The notes below the pieces were generated by a model. That model made no database searches. It was given only the letters and a program-made list of their open reading frames with translations, and was not told the origin of the DNA. A stretch of DNA of 64,000 bases. Origin: an uncultured Fibrobacterota bacterium. Lineage in GTDB: Bacteria; Fibrobacterota; Chitinivibrionia; Chitinivibrionales; FEN-1185. Numbering within the stretch: position 1 is the stretch's first letter; each line of letters begins with the position of its first letter. Shown piece by piece: positions 9,483 through 18,339 of the stretch. Position numbers and translations under genes: made by a program. Location: NCBI GenBank assembly GCA_963729895.1, contig CAVSQB010000023.1, forward strand, positions 7,594 to 71,593. Direction: 5' to 3'.

Positions 9483-10928
9483 ATGAATCTCGGTCTCGAT
9501 CTATCGATGCGGCTTCAGCAGAAGCTGTCTTTCCAGATGATACAATCGCTCAAGCTTCTGCAGGTGAACAACCTGCAGCTCGAGCAGCTCCTCAAGACCG
9601 AATTGGAAATGAACCCCGTCCTCGAAACTTCCGAGGAATTGGAAACGGAACAGGAACAGGACGAGGAAGAAAAAGAAAAGGAAGAGGAGCAAACCGACGA
9701 ACTTTCCGAAAAGGAAGACGACAAGGAGCTCGAGGTAACCGAAGAAGACGTTAATTGGGAAGAATATCTGGAAGAGGGATTCGATATCGGCGGGCGGGTG
9801 AGCGAGGAGACGGATCCAAACAAGGAACACTGGGAACCGCAGGCTGTGCATCAGGAGTCGTTCGAGGATCGCGTCACCGGGCAGCTCAACGACAAGAACA
9901 TCGAAGAAAAGCAGAAGTTGCTGGTAACGTTTCTCATCGGCAGTCTCGAACCCGACGGCTACCTGCGTCTGTCCCTCAAAGACATCGCCGACTTTCTTGG
10001 CATATCGGAAACCGAAGTCGAAGAGGCCCTCAAAGTAATCTGGTCCATGGACCCGCCGGGCATGGGCGCGCGCACGCTGCAGGAATGCCTGGGGCTCCAG
10101 CTTATTGCGAAGCACAAGGAAAAGTCCCTGGCAATGCGCATCATTTCCGAGGCGTGGGAGCTGTTCGAAAAACTAAAACTTCCGGAAATATCGCGACAGC
10201 TTGGCGTTGATGTGCGCGAAGTCCAGACGGCTATCGACGAGATCAAGACCCTGCATCCGAAACCCGGGTCGCTTATTACCGGCGAAATTCCCTCCACCAT
10301 CGTTCCCGACCTCGTCGTGGAAAAGGTGGAAGGCGAGTTTGTGGTGATCATCAACGACCGCTCGGTGCCCTCGCTGCATATAAACCGTTCCTACATGCAG
10401 CTTATCAAACGGGGCGGAACGGCCAGGAAGGAAGTGAAGAATTACATCCGCGAAAAACTCAACAGCGCCGCGTGGCTGGTACGTTCCATAGAACAGCGAC
10501 GGACCACCATGCTTCGGGTGATGTCGGCTATTGTAGAGCGGCAGATGGATTTCTTTGAAAAGGGACCGCCCAACCTCAATCCGCTCAAGCTTCAGGACAT
10601 CGCGACCATGGTCAGTATGCACATTTCCACGGTGAGCCGCGTTACCAGCAACAAGTACGTGCAAACCCCGCACGGCATTTACGAGCTCAAGTACTTTTTT
10701 ACCGAGTCGATGGGCCAGGATCTGGCCGGGGATGACGTGTCCGCGGAAAAAATCCGCAACCGGATCCGTGAGCTTGTCGAAAACGAGAACCAGAAGAAGC
10801 CGATGAGCGATCAAAAGTTGTCCGACGTTCTGGCGCGCGAAGGATTTACCGTTGCGCGCAGGACCGTGGCCAAGTACCGCGAACAGCAGAAGATCCTTCC
10901 CGCGCGCATGAGGCAGAAGTATGATTGA
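9483..10928 (+). CDS. rpoN: RNA polymerase sigma-54 factor
   Basis: 481 aa with a Gln/Leu-rich region I, an acidic region II, and a C-terminal RpoN box (ARRTVAKYR). It sits downstream of lptB. Confidence 0.95.
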   Translation: MNLGLDLSMRLQQKLSFQMIQSLKLLQVNNLQLEQLLKTELEMNPVLETSEELETEQEQDEEEKEKEEEQTDELSEKEDDKELEVTEEDVNWEEYLEEGFDIGGRVSEETDPNKEHWEPQAVHQESFEDRVTGQLNDKNIEEKQKLLVTFLIGSLEPDGYLRLSLKDIADFLGISETEVEEALKVIWSMDPPGMGARTLQECLGLQLIAKHKEKSLAMRIISEAWELFEKLKLPEISRQLGVDVREVQTAIDEIKTLHPKPGSLITGEIPSTIVPDLVVEKVEGEFVVIINDRSVPSLHINRSYMQLIKRGGTARKEVKNYIREKLNSAAWLVRSIEQRRTTMLRVMSAIVERQMDFFEKGPPNLNPLKLQDIATMVSMHISTVSRVTSNKYVQTPHGIYELKYFFTESMGQDLAGDDVSAEKIRNRIRELVENENQKKPMSDQKLSDVLAREGFTVARRTVAKYREQQKILPARMRQKYD

Positions 10929-11847
10929 CGGTCGGCACCGCGCGCCGCCTTCTCGTTTGCCTCCGTGGCTCAAGCGGCCGCTCGTTGTCGGTGCAGCCAC
11001 GCGAGCACTTCAACAATCGTTTACAGATGCAAACCTGCACACGGTGTGCGAAGAAGCGCGGTGTCCCAACCGCAGCGAATGCTTCAACAAGGGTACGGCC
11101 GCCTTTCTCATCCTGGGAAACGTATGCACCCGCCGGTGCCGTTTTTGCGGAGTGTCCCATGGCGTGCCGTTGCCCGTGGATGCGGGTGAACCGCGCCGCG
11201 TTGTCGACGCGGTGAAGCGGATGGGAATTTCGCATGCCGTTGTGACGTCCGTAACGCGCGACGATCTCAGCGACGGCGGCGCCGGCATGTTCGCTCTCGT
11301 GATAGGGCTCCTCAAACACGAAGTGCCTTCCGTGACCGTCGAAGTCCTGGTCCCGGATTTTACAGGCAATGCCGCGGCGCTGTGCACGGTGCTGCACGCC
11401 GGGCCTCACGTGTTTAACCACAACATGGAAACCGTGCCCAGATTGTACCCGCTCATTCGTCCCGGGGCAGGCTATCGCCGGTCGCTCGAACTGCTTGCAC
11501 AGGCGGCACGTTTCGAGGCGGAACTGGAAGTCAAGTCGGGCCTGATGGTCGGCCTCGGCGAAACCTGCGACGAAATGCTTTCCACCCTCCGCGACATGCG
11601 CGGGGCAGGCGTCACCATGGTAACCATCGGACAGTATCTGCGCCCGTCAAGAGAACAGGCGCCTGTTGCCGAGTTTATCACACCGGCACAGTTCGATTTT
11701 TATCGCGACCGGGCTTTGGCCATCGGTTTTGAAGCAGTGAGCTGCGGACCGTTTGTACGAAGTTCGTACGGGGCCGGGCACATGCTTAAGGAAAAGAATA
11801 CACCTCGGGGGCGCATACACACCTCTGTCGTTGAAAAGATCCGATAA
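10921..11847 (+). CDS. lipA: lipoyl synthase
   Basis: Has CEEARCPN and the radical-SAM motif CTRRCRFC, plus conserved LipA C-terminal motifs. It overlaps the rpoN end by 8 nt. Confidence 0.9.
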   Translation: MIDGRHRAPPSRLPPWLKRPLVVGAATRALQQSFTDANLHTVCEEARCPNRSECFNKGTAAFLILGNVCTRRCRFCGVSHGVPLPVDAGEPRRVVDAVKRMGISHAVVTSVTRDDLSDGGAGMFALVIGLLKHEVPSVTVEVLVPDFTGNAAALCTVLHAGPHVFNHNMETVPRLYPLIRPGAGYRRSLELLAQAARFEAELEVKSGLMVGLGETCDEMLSTLRDMRGAGVTMVTIGQYLRPSREQAPVAEFITPAQFDFYRDRALAIGFEAVSCGPFVRSSYGAGHMLKEKNTPRGRIHTSVVEKIR

Positions 11848-11866
11848 CCATAGGAGGATCCGACTC

Positions 11867-12190
11867 ATGGAAATCCAAATCACCTCACGCCACGAAAAGG
11901 CCTCACAGAGCCTGCAGGACACCATCACGGCCGAATTGGAAGGGCTCCAGAAATTCTACGACCGCATCACCTCGTGCCATGTGATTCTCGACAAGGAGCG
12001 CGGCAAGGAAATCGTGGAGGCCGTGATACACATGGCCGGCCACACGGTTGCAGCCAAGGCCAAGGCCGAGAACCTCGGCAAGGCCATAGACGCGGTAATT
12101 ACCAAAGTGGAACGCCAGCTCAAGAAAATCAACGAGAAAATAAAGAACCACAAGGGCGGCCGGCCCCAAAAAGAAGAGCAGGAAACGTAA
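11867..12190 (+). CDS. hpf: ribosome hibernation promoting factor (short HPF/RaiA family)
   Basis: MEIQITSRHEKASQSLQD... is a typical sigma-54 modulation protein/HPF N-terminus. A GGAGG ribosome-binding site lies 8 nt upstream of the ATG at 11867. Confidence 0.85.
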   Translation: MEIQITSRHEKASQSLQDTITAELEGLQKFYDRITSCHVILDKERGKEIVEAVIHMAGHTVAAKAKAENLGKAIDAVITKVERQLKKINEKIKNHKGGRPQKEEQET

Positions 12191-12296
12191 GCGCCGATTC
12201 GGGCGCACGAGGGAACCACGGCGAAAACAAGCGGACGCCGCACGAAGGCCCTGCGGCCCCGATGGCCGGGAAACCGAAAAAGTACTATAAAATAGT

Positions 12297-12328
12297 TTGA
12301 CAAAAAACTTATTTTACCTGTGAATAAT
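12297..12328 (+). promoter_or_regulatory. candidate sigma-70-type promoter upstream of the MlaD-like gene
   Basis: TTGACA at 12297-12302 is followed after ~18 nt by TGAATAAT. It lies 30 nt before the ORF start. Confidence 0.3.
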
Positions 12329-12357
12329 GAGACAGCCGCTCGTGCCATCGCGAAAGG

Positions 12358-13314
12358 ATGCCCGTGAAAAAGAACAACATGGAATTCACCGTGGGCGGGT
12401 TCATCCTGATTGCGCTCTTCATTCTGATTGCCGGCGTTCTATGGCTCAAGAGCTCCACGCTCACGCGCTCAATGGTTGAATACAGCGTGTTGTTCCCCAA
12501 CATCGGCTCGCTGCAGCAAGGCGATCCGGTGCAGGTGAACGGCGTGCGAAAAGGCGTCGTGGGCTCAATTGCCCTTACCGGGTCCCGCGTCACAGTCGTC
12601 ATCAAGGTTGACAAAAACGTTACGATCACCGATTCGTCCTCCATCACGGTTCAGAACATCGGGCTCATGGGAGAACGAACCGTGGGCATCCAGCTTTCCG
12701 AACACGGGAAACCCATTCATCCGAACACCAAGGGGAAGATCACTTACATTCAGGGGCATTTCGACAGCGGCATTGCCGAAGCAATGGGCATGATCGGCTC
12801 GGTGCTGGGTGATGCGCGTACGCTCCTTGCCAATGTATCGGCCATAGTGGACAGCACGATTGGAGACTCGGCATTCTACGCATCGTTCAAGCACATTGTC
12901 GGGAGGCTCGACACCGTTACGCGGCTCGCGCAAACCCTGGTAAGAGAAAACCGGGGCAAAATCGACAAGAGCCTCACCAACGTCAAGACCGTAACCACCG
13001 ACATGAAAGAACTGCTCGATTCGAACAGGGCCCAAATCAACACCATCGTGTCCAACGGCACCACCCTTTCTTCACGCGCGGTAACGATTGTAGGCACGGT
13101 AGACACCATTACTTCCTCGTTGCAAACTATGGTGAAGAGAATCGAACGCGGCGAAGGTTCGGTGGGCGCGCTTTTGTCCGACGAACAGTTCTACAAAGAT
13201 CTTAAGAAGGCCGTTGCCGATCTTGACGCATTGCTGTCCGAGGTGCAGCAGGACGGCCTCAAGCTCAGGCTCAAGCTCGGGTTCAAGAAGGAGACCAAGA
13301 AGCAGACTCCATGA
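12358..13314 (+). CDS. mlaD: MlaD/MCE-domain outer-membrane lipid asymmetry protein
   Basis: N-terminal TM segment (FTVGGFILIALFILIAGVLWL), followed by an MCE domain (GDPVQVNGVRKGVVGSI) and a long helical C-terminal region. Confidence 0.75.
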   Translation: MPVKKNNMEFTVGGFILIALFILIAGVLWLKSSTLTRSMVEYSVLFPNIGSLQQGDPVQVNGVRKGVVGSIALTGSRVTVVIKVDKNVTITDSSSITVQNIGLMGERTVGIQLSEHGKPIHPNTKGKITYIQGHFDSGIAEAMGMIGSVLGDARTLLANVSAIVDSTIGDSAFYASFKHIVGRLDTVTRLAQTLVRENRGKIDKSLTNVKTVTTDMKELLDSNRAQINTIVSNGTTLSSRAVTIVGTVDTITSSLQTMVKRIERGEGSVGALLSDEQFYKDLKKAVADLDALLSEVQQDGLKLRLKLGFKKETKKQTP

Positions 13315-13577
13315 CACAGCGCGAAGTGTATGTTATAAACCATCTTGGGATCCATGCCCGTCCAGCCTTTCTCATCGTTCAGACTTCCTGTGCGTTCGAT
13401 GCTGATATCTGGCTGGAAAAAGACGGCACAGCCGCAAACGCAAAAAGCGTCCTGAGCGTCATGATGCTTGCCGCGGCGTGCGATTCCAAGATCGTTGTCA
13501 GTGCATCCGGAAAAGACGAAGAAAGGGCCGTTGAGGCCGTTGTGAAGTTGTTTGAGAGCAAGTTCAATGAGGAGTGA
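13311..13577 (+). CDS. ptsH: HPr-family phosphocarrier protein (NPr-like, rpoN-linked)
   Basis: 88 aa with the active-site motif GIHARPA (His15 equivalent) and KSVLSVM (Ser46 region). Confidence 0.85.
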   Translation: MTQREVYVINHLGIHARPAFLIVQTSCAFDADIWLEKDGTAANAKSVLSVMMLAAACDSKIVVSASGKDEERAVEAVVKLFESKFNEE

Positions 13578-13756
13578 GTTTCGATGAGGTAGGATGGTAC
13601 CTGTTGGGGCTTTTCTCGCCCTAACCTCAGCCCCGCATTCTTTCGCCCCGCCTCTGCTATTCAGTCAAGGCAATAATGTATATTCTTACTTCTCCAAGCA
13701 TACTGTCTTACTACGCGGAAAAACAGTGAGTTAAGGATATTGTTGAAGGGAATCAC

Positions 13757-15067
13757 ATGAAGGAGATCAACGTCGGTCTTGTTGGCGCAGGAACCATAGG
13801 CGGCGGCGTGGTGAAGCTGCTTGATCAGAAAGCCTCTTATTTCCGCAACAACCTCGGTCTTTCTCTACGGCTCGCGCGCATCGCCGACAAGGCTGCCGCT
13901 CGCTTTGCGGAGCTGCCTGTGGGGAACGCGGTCTGCACCGAAAACGCCAACGACATTATCGACGACCCGGACATCAACGTCGTCATCGAGCTTGTGGGCG
14001 GCACCACTTTTGCAAAAGACCTGATAATCGCGGCGCTATCCAAAGGGAAACATGTGATAACGGCAAACAAGGCCCTGGTTGCGGAGCACGGTCCGGCCAT
14101 TTTTGAGCTTGCCGAGAAGAACGGTGTGTCCGTGCACTTTGAGGCCTCGGTGGGCGGCGGCATGCCGGTCATCAAAACGATTCGCGAAGCGCTTGTTGCC
14201 AATGAAATCACCATGGTGAAGACCATCATAAATGGTACGTGCAACTACATCCTCGCGCAGATGTCCGAAAAGGGACTCTTGTTCGACACTGCGCTCAAGA
14301 AAGCTCAAAAGAGCGGGTTTGCCGAAGCGGACCCCACGCTTGACATAGGCGGAGGAGACAGCGGACACAAGGTGGCGATCATGGCGTCTCTCATACACGG
14401 CGGCTATGTCCCGATGAGCAAGGTCTTTATAGAGGGTATCACCGATATTTCAAAAGAAGACATCATGTTTGCCCAGGAACTTGGGTACACCATAAAGTTG
14501 CTGGGCATCATCAGGAAATCCCAAGGGGACGATCGAATTGATGTCCGTGTACATCCCGCAATGCTGCACAGCAAGCATATCCTCGCCTCCGTTGGCGATG
14601 TATTCAACGCAGTGCTGCTTGAAGGAAACGCCGTTGGCCCCACGCTCCTATTCGGTCGCGGTGCGGGCGAAATGCCCACCGCATCCTCTGTTGTAAGCGA
14701 TATCATCGATGTCGCGCGGGACATTTCTGCCGGAGTGCCCAAGCGAATTCCCATGAACTATTACCGCCTCGACAACGAAATAAAGGTAAAACCAATCGAC
14801 GAGGTTGTGTCCCGCTACTACCTGTGCTTCTGGGTGTCCGACAAGCCAAAGGTACTTGCCTCAATTGCTACCATACTCGGCAACTACTCAATTTCCATTG
14901 CCTCGGTGCTCCAGAAAGAGTCTACCGAGGAAAGCTGTGTGCCGGTTATCATGCTCACGCACAAAGCGGTTGAAAAGAACGTGCGTGACGCACTCACCGA
15001 GATACAAACAATGGATTATGTGAAGAAAAAAACCCATGTGATAAGAATTTCCGGGCAGATAAAATGA
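13757..15067 (+). CDS. hom: homoserine dehydrogenase
   Basis: N-terminal NAD fold (VGLVGAGTIGGGV), a homoserine dehydrogenase catalytic domain and a C-terminal ACT-like domain. Confidence 0.9.
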   Translation: MKEINVGLVGAGTIGGGVVKLLDQKASYFRNNLGLSLRLARIADKAAARFAELPVGNAVCTENANDIIDDPDINVVIELVGGTTFAKDLIIAALSKGKHVITANKALVAEHGPAIFELAEKNGVSVHFEASVGGGMPVIKTIREALVANEITMVKTIINGTCNYILAQMSEKGLLFDTALKKAQKSGFAEADPTLDIGGGDSGHKVAIMASLIHGGYVPMSKVFIEGITDISKEDIMFAQELGYTIKLLGIIRKSQGDDRIDVRVHPAMLHSKHILASVGDVFNAVLLEGNAVGPTLLFGRGAGEMPTASSVVSDIIDVARDISAGVPKRIPMNYYRLDNEIKVKPIDEVVSRYYLCFWVSDKPKVLASIATILGNYSISIASVLQKESTEESCVPVIMLTHKAVEKNVRDALTEIQTMDYVKKKTHVIRISGQIK

Positions 15068-15117
15068 GGAGGCAATAGTCGAATAAACAACCACGGCCGC
15101 AGGCCGTGGTCCACGCC

Positions 15118-15150
15118 GGAAAATCCCGAAGGGTTTTCCTCCGATCTTTT
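15118..15150 (+). terminator. hairpin plus T-tract between hom and thrC (terminator or attenuator)
   Basis: GGAAAATCCCGAAGGGTTTTCC is followed by TCCGATCTTTT. A second hairpin, CCACGGCCGCAGGCCGTGG, lies at 15091-15109. Confidence 0.45.
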
Positions 15151-15197
15151 GACCGGACAACGTTTGATCTTCACGAAAGAAAAAGGACCGTTGCACT

Positions 15198-16544
15198 ATG
15201 AAAAAGCCATACCTCAGAGCTTTCGGCGGCGGTGAACAGACCTATCCCGTTTCCGAAATCCGTTACCGCAGCAGTGACGGCCGCACGCTCGAAGTTGACA
15301 ACTGCATTGCCGCCATGGATGCAAAAAAAGCTGCGGCCCTGCGCAGGATTTTCGATACCCGGCTTATGTCGCGCAAGCCGCTGGATAGGAGCGGCGTGTG
15401 GCGGTACAGGGAGTTTTTGCCCGCGTTCAAGCCGTTCGATGCCGTGGTGACCATGTTTGAGGGAAACACCGCTATCTTCAGCATGCCAAAATGTGCGCGC
15501 TACTGCGGCATGCAGTACCTTCTTGCAAAGCACCAAGGGCTCAACCCGACCGGATCGTTCAAAGACAACGGTATGACTGCGGCGGTCACCATGGCCAAGA
15601 AGCTCGGCGCAAAAATGGTCGCCTGCGCCTCAACCGGCAACACCTCCGCGTCCATGGCAGCGTATGCCGCGCGCGCAGGCCTCAAGAGCATCGTATTCAT
15701 TCCTGATGGCCAGATCGCCTATGGCAAGCTCTCGCAGTCTCTCGATTACGGCGCCCTCACCATCCAGATCGCAGGCGATTTCGACAAGGCAATGGAGATC
15801 GTGGAGGACCTGTGCGGCCGCGGCGCACTATACCTTCTCAATTCGATCAATCCGTTCCGCATCGAAGGCCAGAAGACCATCATGATCGAAATGCTGCACC
15901 AGCTTGGTTGGGAAGCGCCCGACTGGGTGATTGTCCCGGGCGGCAATCTGGGAAATTCCAGCTCGTTCGGCAAGGCGTTTGACGAAATGGTCAGGTCGAG
16001 ATTCATCAAGAAAGTCCCGAAAATCGCGATTATCCAGGCGCAAGGGGCCAATCCGCTGTACAACAGTTTTGTTTCGGGAGACAGGAACCTGCACCCGGTG
16101 CATGCAAACACCCGGGCAACCGCGATAAAGATCGGCAACCCTGTGAGCTTCGACAAGGCCTTGTTCGCCGTCGATTCTACCGGCGGCACGGTGGAGCAGG
16201 TGACCGAAGAGGAAATCGCGCTTGCCAAGAGTGTCATCGGAACCGACGGCGTGGGCTCCGAGCCGGCTTCGGCCACCACGGTTGCGGGATGCAGGAAACT
16301 TGTCGCAAAGGGAATAATCAACAAGTCCGATACCGCAGTCTGCATCCTTACCGGACATCTGCTCAAAGACCCGGATTACACGGTTGAGTTCCATCGCGAT
16401 GAACTGTACCTCGATGCGCAGCGGGCGACAACATTGTCCGGCACGGAGCGTATTTCCACAGGCGGTTTGAGCAACCGGCCCGTGAAACTGCCGGCGGATA
16501 AGGGTGAGATTATGAAGTATATAGATTCATGGGCGAAAAAATAA
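15198..16544 (+). CDS. thrC: threonine synthase
   Basis: PLP-lysine motif PTGSFKDNG and a long-form ThrC architecture. It lies downstream of hom. Confidence 0.9.
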   Translation: MKKPYLRAFGGGEQTYPVSEIRYRSSDGRTLEVDNCIAAMDAKKAAALRRIFDTRLMSRKPLDRSGVWRYREFLPAFKPFDAVVTMFEGNTAIFSMPKCARYCGMQYLLAKHQGLNPTGSFKDNGMTAAVTMAKKLGAKMVACASTGNTSASMAAYAARAGLKSIVFIPDGQIAYGKLSQSLDYGALTIQIAGDFDKAMEIVEDLCGRGALYLLNSINPFRIEGQKTIMIEMLHQLGWEAPDWVIVPGGNLGNSSSFGKAFDEMVRSRFIKKVPKIAIIQAQGANPLYNSFVSGDRNLHPVHANTRATAIKIGNPVSFDKALFAVDSTGGTVEQVTEEEIALAKSVIGTDGVGSEPASATTVAGCRKLVAKGIINKSDTAVCILTGHLLKDPDYTVEFHRDELYLDAQRATTLSGTERISTGGLSNRPVKLPADKGEIMKYIDSWAKK

Positions 16545-16558
16545 CAAGAGTGTCGTTT

Positions 16559-16602
16559 GTGGGGGAAGTGTACCCCGTCGGGCACTTCCAAGGGTCGTCC
16601 CC
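16559..16602 (+). repeat. intergenic structured repeat, copy B, 5' segment (cut by IS5)
   Basis: GTGGGGGAAGTGTACCCC... is related to the 5' ends of copies A and C. It begins 15 nt after the thrC stop. Confidence 0.6.
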
Positions 16603-17922
16603 CTAGCAGGGTGTTGAAAAAGTCTCCCTTTTGTAAACATTTATCCTTATATTATAGGGGAACCCCAACCAAGGAGTATTGATGAGAGGTTCCCAGCCAG
16701 CCCAAGGCGGTATGTTCAGCTTCGTTTCTCCGGATTCCCGAGTGCCGGCAACACACCCGCTTCGTCGTGTCAAACAGTTTACGGACATAGCGCTGCGCCG
16801 CCTTTCTCGTGACTTTGAGGCGATGTACAGCCGGATGGGACGCCCTTCGATACCGCCGGAATGGCTTTTGAAAGCACAGATATTGATGGCTTTGTTTTCG
16901 ATACGGTCGGACCGGTTGTTTTGCGAGATGCTGGACTATAACATTCTGTTCCGATGGTTTCTTGACATGGATCTGGATGCGGCATCGTTTGATCATAGTG
17001 TGTTTTCGAAGAACCGAGATCGACTTATGGAACAGGAGATTGCGCACCGGCTGATGCAGGAAATCGTGCGTCTTGCTCGTTCCGAAGAGTTGTTGTCCGA
17101 TGAGCATTTCACGGTTGACGGCACGTTGATTGAAGCCTGGGCATCGATGAAGAGCTTCAAGCGAAAAGACGCGGAATCGGCGAACAAGACTGACGATGAT
17201 CGGAGTAATCCGTCGGTTGATTTCCACCATGAGAAGCGAAGCAATGAGACACATCAGAGTTCGACCGATCCAGAGGCGCTGTTGGCTCGGAAGAACAAGA
17301 GAACGGGAGCGCAGCTGGCGTATTCCGGTCACGTGCTGATGGAAAACCGAAATGGGTTGTGTGTTGATATCGCCATTGCGCCAGCGACGGGGACAGCGGA
17401 ACGGGATATGGCGCTTGAGCTGATAAAGCATGAACGCAGGCGCGGAAAACGCCGGATGAAGACGGTGGGTGCAGACAAAGGGTATCATGCAACCGAATTT
17501 ATCAAGAGCCTGCGACGCCTGCACGTGAAGCCTCACATTGCCGAGAAGGCCAACACTTCGCTTAAAGGGTTGGATGGAAGAACGACTCGGCATAAGGGAT
17601 ACAGCGTAAGTCAACGGAAACGAAAACGGGTTGAAGAGATATTTGGGTGGATCAAGAGCGTCGGTGGCCTGCGGAAAACTCGGGTAAGAGGAATACGAAT
17701 CAACCAGACTGTTGCCTACGTGGTTGCCGCAGCGTACAACTTGATACGCATGGTTAAGTTGATGCCGCAAACGGTGGGGGCAGCATGAGAATGGCCTGGG
17801 AATCCGGGGAAATGCCTCGGAACGAGGCAGGTAAAACCTCTCTGACATATGTAAAGTTGAAGTTAGGTTCATAAAAAATCAACAAGAGCGCTTCTGTTAG
17901 GACTATTTCAACAACCTGCTAG
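16603..17922 (+). mobile_element. IS5-family insertion sequence, copy 2
   Basis: Same 1320-bp unit as 7712-9031, in the same orientation, with the same inverted repeats and flanking CTAG. Confidence 0.9.
16679..17788 (+). CDS. IS5-family DDE transposase
   Basis: The protein is identical to that of 7788-8897. One DNA difference inside the CDS is synonymous (AGG versus CGG Arg). Confidence 0.9.
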   Translation: MMRGSQPAQGGMFSFVSPDSRVPATHPLRRVKQFTDIALRRLSRDFEAMYSRMGRPSIPPEWLLKAQILMALFSIRSDRLFCEMLDYNILFRWFLDMDLDAASFDHSVFSKNRDRLMEQEIAHRLMQEIVRLARSEELLSDEHFTVDGTLIEAWASMKSFKRKDAESANKTDDDRSNPSVDFHHEKRSNETHQSSTDPEALLARKNKRTGAQLAYSGHVLMENRNGLCVDIAIAPATGTAERDMALELIKHERRRGKRRMKTVGADKGYHATEFIKSLRRLHVKPHIAEKANTSLKGLDGRTTRHKGYSVSQRKRKRVEEIFGWIKSVGGLRKTRVRGIRINQTVAYVVAAAYNLIRMVKLMPQTVGAA

Positions 17923-18302
17923 GGTGCGGCTTCCGGCGCCTCCTTGATGAATACAAATACCACAAATTCCGGAGGCGCCGGCGATCCGCACCCATACCCC
18001 CTCGTGGGTAGCCCCCAAGAGAGTTGATTTGCAAGAAAGAAGTTTCGGCTGCGGGGCACCGAGGAAGAGAGTTGAGAAGTTCAGCGCCGGGTCTTGATTG
18101 ACTTCTTGAAGATATTAGTTGGCGACGAAAAATGCTAATTGACAAAATATATTTCCTTTGCCGCCGCGTTAGGTGGACCGGAGGGTGAGCTGGTGCGAAT
18201 TGCCGCCTGATCCCTCGCCGAAGGCGGTAGGGACAGGCGGCAACGAGGCCGACAGGCCGAGCCCGGAGGGAGACCGACCCGGCCGGAGGCCGGGGAACGC
18301 CC
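17923..18302 (+). repeat. intergenic structured repeat, copy B, 3' segment (3' module 18166-18302)
   Basis: The 137-nt 3' module aligns position-for-position with 19741-19877. It shares the GCGTTAGG start, GGCAACGAGGCC-N4-GGCCGAGCCCG core and GGAACGCCC end. Confidence 0.7.
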
Positions 18303-18339
18303 AACTGTCTTTCAAAATCAAGAAACAGGATTGGTAATC

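Noticed and set aside
9640-9760. GAA/GAG-rich repetitive DNA that looked like a tandem repeat or CRISPR-like array
   Set aside because: It encodes the acidic region II of sigma-54 (EEKEKEEEQTDE...), which is low-complexity coding sequence. No spacer/repeat periodicity is present.
7712-17922. Reading the two IS5 copies plus intervening DNA as a composite transposon
   Set aside because: The cargo is core housekeeping in conserved lptB-rpoN-hpf order. Each IS is individually flanked by CTAG, and each interrupts a separate copy of the intergenic repeat, so these are two independent insertions.
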